A stretch of DNA of 64,000 bases from Alphaproteobacteria bacterium (GTDB lineage: Bacteria; Pseudomonadota; Alphaproteobacteria; MPNO01; UBA830): positions 480,001-544,000 of the forward strand of contig OZ251539.1 in assembly GCA_965243135.1 (NCBI GenBank), read 5' to 3'. Positions 46,415 through 54,767 of this stretch are shown one piece after another. The notes under the pieces are model-generated. The model did not search any database. It saw only the letters and a program-made list of their open reading frames with translations, and was not told the origin of the DNA. The position numbers were made by a program, and so were the translations under genes. Numbering within the stretch: the first letter of the stretch is position 1; every line of letters begins with the position of its first letter.

Positions 46415-48360
46415 CAGGGCGAATTTATCTTTCAGCCTAACCTAATGATAATGAAAGGAAAAGGCCGTTCAAGAAGGGGATGAATGAAATACCGACGAGT
46501 AATTTTTTTTCTAGACATTTCCGGTTTTTGCCGCCAATGTGCCGTCCATGAAAAACATGTGGGGGCCGAACGACATCGCCGTTCGGCCGGTGTTCGACCG
46601 GGCCGAACGCGACCGGTGGGACGAGACCGGTGGGACGAGACGATGCGGAAGCATCATTACCTCCAGTTCCGCGGCATGGTCGGCGAGGCGGTGCGGCATG
46701 TCGCCGTGGCTCCGAACGGGGAATGGGTGGCGTTGCTGGGTTGGAAAGCCGGGGCCTGGCGGCTGCGGGCGCGCGAGGGTCGGCTGGACGCCCGAGCAGC
46801 GCGGCCGCCGGTTGCATCTTGTGGCGAACAACGCACGCTTGCTGATTCTTCCGCGTTGGCGGCAACACAACCTGGCGTCCCATATCCCTCAGCACCCAGC
46901 GTCTGTCGGACGACTTTCAGGCGGCATACGGCCATCCAGTCCTGATGGCGGAGACTTTTGTAGATCCGGACCGTTTCGAGGGAATGTGTTACCAGGCGGC
47001 GAACTGGCGAGTCGTTGGGTTCACAAAAGGGTTCGAACGCGGGCGGCGGTTACCGCGAACATGGAACGTCCAGAAAAATGTTCGAGCTGGAAAAGGATGC
47101 CCGCAAGCAACTTTGCATGCTTTCCGATAATAAGATCTGGAAGTGTAAGACATTGAACGTAGACGAGATACCGGATCACGGGGAGTCTGTACGAGTATTT
47201 GAGTACGGTGCCGGACTTCCGAAGTCGTCGTGGTCAGCGCTTTGGCAACGGTTCTCGCGATAGCGGCGCAACTATGCGGGTTTTTCAGTCTGACCGACAT
47301 AGCATACTTTTCCGGGAAGTTGAATCAATCGCAGCTGGCGGAGGTGCGCTCATGGATGAAAGGCGACGGAATCCGGACGGCCCCGAGCTACCTTCCATCG
47401 CGTGCTTTCGAATGTCGACCCGGAAGCCCTTGACAAGGCTTTGCGAGAATGGACCGCACAATACCAGGATCCCAACGGAAGCCTCGACGGGAAATCCGTG
47501 CGCGGAGCGTCACGGCAAGGGGACGGATGTCGTCGGCGCTGTCGAGCATGAAACCGGTTGCGGTCAGGTGAAAGTCGCGGACAAGTCAAACGAGATTCCG
47601 GCTGCGCGAAAATTGTTGCGGAGCATGGAGTTATCCGGGCGTATTGTGACCGCCGATGCCCTCAGGTCGAAACTACCCAGTTGATCTTGGACATGGGAGC
47701 CGACTATGGTTGTCAAGGGCAACCAGAAAACGATACTCGATGAAAGCGCTGGAACGATCAGGAAGTCGGTAAAAGCGAGACGGTCGAAAAACGCACGGTC
47801 GAATCGACACTCGCAATTGTCTGGTCGTCGAACTCGATAAAACCTGGGACGGGTACGTCGAACTGCCCGGACGACGGCAGGCATTCCGTACGCACACGTC
47901 AGAAACTCAGAAAGGCGTCGGGACAACTTCGGAAATCGCTTACGGAGTAACTTCCATCCCGCCGTCGCGCGGAGGACCTGCCGAGATTCTCGCTCGCCGT
48001 CACTGGGAAATCGAGAACCGGCATGTTCGCGACATGACTTACGACGAGGATCGCCGCGGCAACCACGTCGGCAGCAGTGCCCGCGCACTGGCCCGCAACG
48101 CCTCCATCGTTCGGTTGCGCGGACGCTTCGACTATCTGCCGCAGGCTCACCGGCACTACGATTCGCGCCAGGCCGTTCGAGAGCTGACCACCGAGGTCTT
48201 CTGACCCGGTGGCCTCGCCTCTCGCGCCGCTGCCTCGCGCCGTCCGCACCGCTGCCATCTCTTCGCACCGACATCGTCTCGCCGACGCGGATCTCGTGCC
48301 GCTGCTGCCTCCTCGAAGGCGGCGCTTGACAATGATCGCGCCATTCTTGAATTCGCCCTG
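46415..48360 (+). mobile_element. Degenerate ISAs1-family element (copy of 51506-53775), transposase pseudogene
   Basis: Ends CAGGGCGAATT / AATTCGCCCTG, 9-bp flanking duplication GGCCTGCGC (46406-46414, 48361-48369); collinear with the intact copy but with many short deletions. Confidence 0.92.
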
Positions 48361-48370
48361 GGCCTGCGCT

Positions 48371-48458
48371 CCGGCGCCTTGACTCGCCGACCAACCCGGC
48401 CCGATAATGACCTCACGGATCGCCTGCGTTGCGCTTCGCAGTTGACAGGGGGAACGGT
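48371..48458 (+). promoter_or_regulatory. Copy 2 of the ~90 bp promoter/RBS repeat, upstream of RM copy 2
   Basis: TTGACT (48379-48384), 18 bp, GATAAT (48403-48408), then gatcgcctg...agttgacagggggaacggt. Confidence 0.65.
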
Positions 48459-48539
48459 CAGAGCATCCGCGCACGGGGCCAACACGGAGACCGAGCCGCG
48501 CTATAGTGCGCCCGTACCGCCGTTCGTCAGGAAACCGGC

Positions 48540-51425
48540 ATGCCACGCACCGGCGAGCCCGCCTTCAACGTTTATTTTGCCGAGGCGCTGCGCAGCAAGC
48601 ACCCGCTGTGGAAAGACCATCTGGGCGTCGAACGAACGGGCGTCTTTCCTGACGATCCCCGCCTGCGGCCGGACATTCTCGTCCAGGCGCCCGACGCGCA
48701 ACCGGTGGCGGTGGAAACGGAGTACGCGCCGGCCGCCACCGTCGAGAACGACGCCAGGGCCCGCCTCGGCAAAACGCCGCTGGCGGCCGCCGATCCCATC
48801 GAACAGGCCGTCGCCGTCCGCATCCCGGACGCCCTCCGCCAAGGTCAAGCCAACCTCGCCGAACGCATCGCCGTCGCCGACTTCGACTATTGCGTGTTTT
48901 CCGGCGATCCGGCGTCGCCCGAACGCTGGCCCGAGACGGGCTGGCTCGCCGGCGGCATCGACCATGTCGCCCGGTGCATCGAACACGCGATGGTGTCGCA
49001 ACGCCGCGTCGACGAGGGCATGTCGATACTCGAACGCGGCGTGCGTATCGCAACCCGGGCCGTCCAGGACGCCGGCGAACTGGGCTTCACGGACATCGAG
49101 CGGAACTTCGGCCGCGTCCTCAATCAGCGCGCCGGCGAGCAGACGAACCGCATGGCGATGACCATCATCGCCAACGCATTGACCTTTCATGCGACCATCG
49201 TCGGCGTTCACGACATCCCGCCCGTCGCCCGACTCCAGGCCGATTCGCGCGGTTCGCTCCAGACAGCGCTCCTGGATGCCTGGCGGCGCATTCTTTGCGA
49301 GGTCAACTACTGGCCGATTTTCAAGGTGGCTTCGGACCTCCTCGCGCCGATTCGCGCCGCGACGGCGGAGCGCGTTCTCGGCGCGCTCGCCGACGCGGCG
49401 GGCCGGCTCGCCCGTATCGGCGTGACGACCCGCCACGACCTGTCGGGCAGGATGTTCCAGAACCTGATCGTCGACCGGAAATTCCTGGCGACTTTCTACA
49501 CCCTGCCGACCAGCGCCGCCCTGCTCGCGGAACTCGCCGTCGCCCGCATGGACGCCGACTGGACCGATCTCGCCGCCTATCCGAACCTCGCCGTCGCCGA
49601 CCTCTCCTGCGGCACGGGCACGCTTCTCTCCGCCGCCTATCACGCCGTGCTCGGCCGGTATCGCCGCGCCGGCGGCGACGACGGCGCGATCCATCGGCGG
49701 ATGATCGAACGCTCCATCGTCGCGGCGGACATCATGCCCGCCGCCGCGCACCTCTGCGCCTCGCAGCTGTCGAGCGTCCACCCGGCCGCGGTCTTCGACA
49801 ACACCCGCGTTTACACGATGCCCTACGGGATCGGCGCAGGCGAGGAACGCGACCGCGGCGTCGCCATCGGCTCGCTCGATCTGATCGCCGCCGCGCAGAC
49901 CCGGTCCCTGTTCGCCACCGGACAGCGACAGGCGCGCGGCGCGCAGGGCGACGTCGAGACGCAGGACATCGAGTTGCCTCACGAGTCGGTCGATCTCGTG
50001 ATCATGAATCCGCCCTTCACCCGTCCGACCAACCACGAAACCGCCGAGGTCCCCGTTCCGTCCTTCGCCGGCTTCCGAACCGGCGAGGACGAGCAGCGGG
50101 CGATGTCCGCCCGCCTCGCGGACATCCGCCGGGACCTGGAGAATCCCGCCGGCCACGGCAATGCCGGCCTCGCGTCGAACTTCGTCGATCTCGCGCATGC
50201 GAAGGCGAAACCGGACGGGGTGGCGGCGCTGGTCCTGCCCATCGCCGCCATCCAGGGCAGGTCCTGGCAAGCGGCCCGGGACTTGCTTGTCGACCAATAC
50301 GCGGATGTCGCGGTCGTCACCATCGCCGCCTCCGGAAACTTCGATCGCGCGTTCTCGTCCGACACCGGCATGGCGGAAGCGCTCGTGGTGGCGACGAAAC
50401 GGCGCGACCGGAACGGCTCGGCCGGGCCGGCGTTGTTCGTCAACCTTCATCGCCGCCCGGCCGCGCTGCTCGAAGCCGCGGAGGTCGCCAAGCTGGTCAC
50501 GCGACTGCCGAAGACGTCCGCGACGGGCCGGATCCGCGCCGGCGGCCAGTTGCTGGGAAGCTATATCCGGGCGCCGTTGAGCGAGGGGGGATGCGCCGCC
50601 CTGCGCGAGTCGGCGCTCGCCGACGCGATGATGGCGTTGCGGCGCGGCGAACTGCGGATGCCGCGTTATGCGGAACGCCACTCCATTCCGACCGCCTTGC
50701 TCGGGCAGTTGGGAGAGCGCGGCCTGCTGCATCGCGACATCGGCAATAAAGACGATTCGAAGCCGCCGTTCCGCGGGCCGTTCAAGATCGTTCCGGTTCA
50801 GGGCGCGCCCAGCTATCCGGTCCTCTGGAGGCACGATGCCGACCGGGAACGGCGCATGCTGGTGGAGCCGGACAGCGAGGGCGAGGCGCGCCCGGGTTGC
50901 GACGACCGGGCCGCCGTTGCCTGGCGAACCGCGACGCGGCTCCATTTCACGCTCGATTTCCGGCTCAACTCGCAGAGCCTCGCGGCTTGCCTGACGCGGG
51001 AGCGCGCGCTCGGCGGCCGGGCATGGCCGAACTTCCGGCTGCACGACGAGCGGTGGGACGAGGCCATGGCGCTCTGGTCCAACTGCACGCTCGGATTGAT
51101 GGCCTTCTGGTGGGCGGGATCGCGCCAGCAGCAAGGCCGGACGGTATTGACGATCTCCGGCTTGCCGAATCTGACGGTTCTCGATCCGGGGGCGCTGTCG
51201 GAAGTCAAGCTTCAACGGGCGGCGAGCATCTTCGAAAGGTTTCGGGACGTTCCCCTGATGCCGGCGAACGAGGCCTGTCGCGACGCTGTCCGCCAGGATC
51301 TGGATCGAGCCGTCCTCGTCGAACTTCTCGAATTGCCCGAAGAGATGCTGGAAGCGTTCGCGAACCTTCGCCTTCAATGGTGCGACGAACCCACCGTGCA
51401 CGGCGGGAAGCGCCGCGACGGGTAG
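48540..51425 (+). CDS. Type IIG/IIL-like restriction-modification fusion protein, copy 2
   Basis: 961 aa, same motifs as and near-identical to 42284-45169. Confidence 0.82.
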   Translation: MPRTGEPAFNVYFAEALRSKHPLWKDHLGVERTGVFPDDPRLRPDILVQAPDAQPVAVETEYAPAATVENDARARLGKTPLAAADPIEQAVAVRIPDALRQGQANLAERIAVADFDYCVFSGDPASPERWPETGWLAGGIDHVARCIEHAMVSQRRVDEGMSILERGVRIATRAVQDAGELGFTDIERNFGRVLNQRAGEQTNRMAMTIIANALTFHATIVGVHDIPPVARLQADSRGSLQTALLDAWRRILCEVNYWPIFKVASDLLAPIRAATAERVLGALADAAGRLARIGVTTRHDLSGRMFQNLIVDRKFLATFYTLPTSAALLAELAVARMDADWTDLAAYPNLAVADLSCGTGTLLSAAYHAVLGRYRRAGGDDGAIHRRMIERSIVAADIMPAAAHLCASQLSSVHPAAVFDNTRVYTMPYGIGAGEERDRGVAIGSLDLIAAAQTRSLFATGQRQARGAQGDVETQDIELPHESVDLVIMNPPFTRPTNHETAEVPVPSFAGFRTGEDEQRAMSARLADIRRDLENPAGHGNAGLASNFVDLAHAKAKPDGVAALVLPIAAIQGRSWQAARDLLVDQYADVAVVTIAASGNFDRAFSSDTGMAEALVVATKRRDRNGSAGPALFVNLHRRPAALLEAAEVAKLVTRLPKTSATGRIRAGGQLLGSYIRAPLSEGGCAALRESALADAMMALRRGELRMPRYAERHSIPTALLGQLGERGLLHRDIGNKDDSKPPFRGPFKIVPVQGAPSYPVLWRHDADRERRMLVEPDSEGEARPGCDDRAAVAWRTATRLHFTLDFRLNSQSLAACLTRERALGGRAWPNFRLHDERWDEAMALWSNCTLGLMAFWWAGSRQQQGRTVLTISGLPNLTVLDPGALSEVKLQRAASIFERFRDVPLMPANEACRDAVRQDLDRAVLVELLELPEEMLEAFANLRLQWCDEPTVHGGKRRDG

Positions 51426-51563
51426 TCATCCTTCTGCCCGGCGTGGCGCCTTGGGCTGAACGGGAGCGACAAGAAGCGCTGAAAAATGCTCGCTGACGAG
51501 AAACCCAGGGCGAATTTATCTTTCAGCATAACCTAATGATAATGCAAGGAAAAGGCCGTTCAA

Positions 51564-51732
51564 GAGCCGTTTGCGCCGTTCCGTTTTTTGTCGGCCTGCC
51601 GCCCAGCCGACGCCCTGCGGACCGCTCCGCCCGCCCGCCGACGGCCCGCAAGGGCCTCGCGGGCGCTCGGTCTTCAGAACAAAAGGCGAGTGTTGCCGCG
51701 CCGCAAGGCGTTGCAGACTGCGCACATGGCTC
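51564..51732. mobile_element. 169-bp MITE nested in the IS leader
   Basis: IRs GAGCCGTTTGCGC / GCGCACATGGCTC (11/13), flanked by duplicated TTCAA; the other IS copy has the empty site ccgttcaagaagggg. Confidence 0.8.
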
Positions 51733-51816
51733 TTCAAGAAGGGGGTGAATGACCGAAAATACCGGCGGGTAAATTTTTTCTGGACATTTCCGGTTTTTGC
51801 CGCCAATGTGCCGGCC

Positions 51817-53583
51817 ATGATGACGAAAAACATACGGGAGCCGGACGACATCGCCGTTCGGCCGGTGTTCGACAGGGCCGAACGCGACCGGTGGGACGAG
51901 ACGATGCGGAAGCATCACTACCTCGAGTTCCGCGGCATGGTCGGCGAGGCGGTGCGGCATGTCGCCGTGGCCCCGAACGGGGAATGGGTGGCGTTGCTGG
52001 GTTGGAAAGCCGGGGCCTGGCGGCTGCGGGCGCGAGACCGCTGGGTCGGCTGGACGCCCGAGCAACGCGGCCGCCGGTTGCATCTTGTGGCGAACAACGC
52101 GCGCTTGCTGATTCTTCCGCCTTGGCGGCAACGCAACCTGGCGTCCCATATTTTGTCCCTCAGCACCCAGCGCCTGTCGGACGACTTTCAGGCGACATAC
52201 GGCCATCCAGTTTTGATGGCGGAGACTTTCGTGGATCCGGACCGTTTCGAGGGGACGTGTTACCAGGCGGCGAGCTGGCGGGCCGTTGGGTTTACAAAAG
52301 GATTCGAACGCATATCGGGCGGCAGTTACCGCGAACACGGAACGTCCAGAAAAATTCTGATGTTCGAGCTGGAAAAGGATGCCCGCAAGCAACTTTGCAT
52401 GCTTTCCGATAATAAGCTCTGGAACTGCAAGACATTGAACGTAGACGAGATACCGGATCACAGAATGGGGAGTCTGTACGAGTATTTGAGTACGGTTCCG
52501 GACTTCCGAAGTCGCCGCGGTCGGCGCTATCAGTTGGCGACGGTTCTCGCGATCACTATAGCGGCGCAATTATGCGGTTTTTTCAGTCTAACCGCCATAG
52601 CGGACTTTTCCGGGAAGTTGAATCAATCGCAGCTAGCGGAGGTGCGCTCATGGATGAAAGGCGACGGAATCCGGACGGCCCCGAGCTATTCGACCTTCCA
52701 TCGCGTGCTTTCGAATGTCGACCCGGAAGCCCTTGACAAAGCTTTGCATGATTGGAGCGCGCAATACCAGGATCCCAACGGAATCATGGGGTTCGACGGA
52801 AAATCCGTGCGCGGAGCGTCACGGCATGGAGACGGGTGTCATCTGGTCGGAGCCGTCGAGCACGAAACCGGACTAATTTGCGGTCAGGTGAAAGTCGCAG
52901 ACAAGTCAAACGAGATTCCGGCTGCGCGACAGTTGTTGCGGAACATGCAGTTGTTCGGGCGTATTGTGACCGCAGACGCCATGCACACTCAGGTCGAAAC
53001 AACCCAGTTGATCTTGGACAAGGGAGCCGACTATCTTATGGTCGTCAAGGGCAACCAGAAAACCATACTCGAAGATCTGAAAGCGATTGACTGGAACGAT
53101 CAGACGGTTGGTAAAAGCGAGACGATGGAAAAAACGCACGGTCGAATCGACACTCGCACTTGTCTGGTCGTCGAACTCGATAATACCTGGGACGGGTACG
53201 TCGAACTGCCCGGACGACGGCAGGCATTCCGTATCGAGCGCACACGTCAGAAACTCAGAAAGGGAAAGGTCGTCGGGATAACTTCGGAAATCGCTTACGG
53301 GGTAACTTCCATCCCGCCGTCGCGCGGAGGACCTGCCGAGATTCTCGATATAGCTCGCCGTCACTGGGAAATCGAGAACCGGTTGCATCACGTTCGCGAC
53401 ATGACTTACGACGAGGATCGCCGCCGCAACCACGTCGGCAGCAGTGCCCGTGCACTGGCTTCGATTCGCAACGCCGCGATTTCCATCGTTCGGTTGCGCG
53501 GACGATTTGATTATCTGCCGCAGGCTCACCGGCACTACGATTCGCGCCAGGCCGTTCGAGAGCTGACCACCGAGGTCTTCTGA
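51817..53583 (+). CDS. DUF4338 domain fused to an ISAs1-family DDE transposase
   Basis: N-half HHYL, RDRWVGW, VANNARLLILP, NLAS, MAETFVD, GTCYQAASW..G.TKG; C-half PDFRSRRG, FDGKSVRG, KSNEIPA, VTADAMHTQ, VKGNQ, HGRID, HWEIENRLHHVRD. Confidence 0.9.
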   Translation: MMTKNIREPDDIAVRPVFDRAERDRWDETMRKHHYLEFRGMVGEAVRHVAVAPNGEWVALLGWKAGAWRLRARDRWVGWTPEQRGRRLHLVANNARLLILPPWRQRNLASHILSLSTQRLSDDFQATYGHPVLMAETFVDPDRFEGTCYQAASWRAVGFTKGFERISGGSYREHGTSRKILMFELEKDARKQLCMLSDNKLWNCKTLNVDEIPDHRMGSLYEYLSTVPDFRSRRGRRYQLATVLAITIAAQLCGFFSLTAIADFSGKLNQSQLAEVRSWMKGDGIRTAPSYSTFHRVLSNVDPEALDKALHDWSAQYQDPNGIMGFDGKSVRGASRHGDGCHLVGAVEHETGLICGQVKVADKSNEIPAARQLLRNMQLFGRIVTADAMHTQVETTQLILDKGADYLMVVKGNQKTILEDLKAIDWNDQTVGKSETMEKTHGRIDTRTCLVVELDNTWDGYVELPGRRQAFRIERTRQKLRKGKVVGITSEIAYGVTSIPPSRGGPAEILDIARRHWEIENRLHHVRDMTYDEDRRRNHVGSSARALASIRNAAISIVRLRGRFDYLPQAHRHYDSRQAVRELTTEVF

Positions 53584-53648
53584 CGTCCGACCGATGGCCT
53601 CGCCTCTCGCGCCGCTGCCTCCCGCCGTCCGCACCGCTGCTGTCTCTT

Positions 53649-53709
53649 CGCGCCGCCATCGTCCCGCCGACGCGGATCTCGCGCCGCCATCGTCCGCCGA
53701 CGCGGATCT
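53649..53709. repeat. Two ~30-bp tandem repeats in the IS right-end region
   Basis: cgcgccgccatcgtc(c)cgccgacgcggatct twice; single unit in the degenerate copy. Confidence 0.8.
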
Positions 53710-53941
53710 CGCGCCGCTGCCGCCTCCTCGAGGGCGACGCTTGGCAATGATCGCGCCATTCTTGAATTCGCCCTGCGAGAAACCGAAGGGGCAGGACGGC
53801 AAAGACACCGAAGGATAAACTGCCGAGATCTGGCAGAGGGTCGTCGGCGGAAATCGGCAGTGTCGGCAAGACGGTCGGGACAACCGATACCAAGAATCTG
53901 GAACGTCCGCCGCCTCCACCGAAAAAGGACGGAAAGAAAGG

Positions 53942-54466
53942 ATGATCGAAAATCTTGACGACAGGACCTACGAGCTTCTGTTCGCGGTGCGTCGTTCGGT
54001 TCGTTATCACGAGCGCCGCCGCCGCTTTTACGAGGCATGGAACGTGGCGGCCGTCGCATTTGGAGTTTTGGGTGGCTCCGCCGCTGCTACCGCCATTATG
54101 GCGGGGTGGGGCGCATGGTCGGCAGCGATCGCTGCGGGCGTGGCGGTGCTGAGCGCGTCGGCAGTGGGGACCGTTCGTCGCGCGGATCGGCACGGCGACC
54201 TCATGCGCCAGTTCATTGCGCTGGAACGGCGATTTTCGCACGGCAAGAATATGGGCGGCAAAGAATACCGGGAAGCCGTCTCCGAGCGTCTCGGCATCGA
54301 ATCGAGCGAACCGCCCGTGTTGCGATTGCTCGACGTGCTCTGTCATTACGAGGTCTTGCGCTCGGTGGGCGGCAACCCGCCCCCGAAAATGCCTTGGTGG
54401 CGGCGCAAGCTGGCGCACTGGCTCAGTCAGACCGACTTCGCGCTGACCGTCGGTAATAACGCTTGA
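53942..54466 (+). CDS. Two-TM SLATT-like hypothetical protein
   Basis: 174 aa; helix LLFAVRRSVRYHERRRRFYE, two hydrophobic helices, RADRHGDL...F..LE, IESSEPP. Confidence 0.6.
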   Translation: MIENLDDRTYELLFAVRRSVRYHERRRRFYEAWNVAAVAFGVLGGSAAATAIMAGWGAWSAAIAAGVAVLSASAVGTVRRADRHGDLMRQFIALERRFSHGKNMGGKEYREAVSERLGIESSEPPVLRLLDVLCHYEVLRSVGGNPPPKMPWWRRKLAHWLSQTDFALTVGNNA

Positions 54467-54767
54467 AGGCTTCCGCCGGCCGGCGAACCGCAACGAGCTC
54501 CGGGGCTGCGAAAGATCGCCGGGGAACTTCTTCCGCCCCGGCGGACGCCTTGGCGCTCGCCGGCCGATATTGCTCCACGACCGCGGCCGGTCTCCACCAT
54601 GTGCACCGCAAGGACCGCCCGCGCGGCCGCGGGGCGCGTCGCTTCCGGCGGGTGCATTTTCCTGGCCGTTTCGGGGATCGTCTCCGCGCCGCGCTGGATT
54701 CGGCGCCGCGCGCGCTATACCCTGCGGCGGCTTTCCTGCGAGGAAAGCGAGCAGGGAGAGCTTCGGC

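Larger units (their letters stand above)
51506..53775 (+). mobile_element. ISAs1-family insertion sequence, apparently intact (2270 bp)
   Basis: Terminal IRs CAGGGCGAATT, 9-bp target duplication CGAGAAACC (51497-51505, 53776-53784); lower GC than flanks. Confidence 0.93.

Noticed and set aside
40721-51401. Long minus-strand ORFs 40721-44194 and 48501-51401
   Set aside because: Antisense shadows of the RM genes, without recognisable motifs
51817-52400. Druantia anti-phage system
   Set aside because: Only the DUF4338 domain is present, inside an IS; no DruE helicase or other dru genes
46415-53775. Composite transposon carrying RM copy 2 between the two ISAs1 copies
   Set aside because: Each IS copy has its own separate 9-bp target duplication, showing independent insertions
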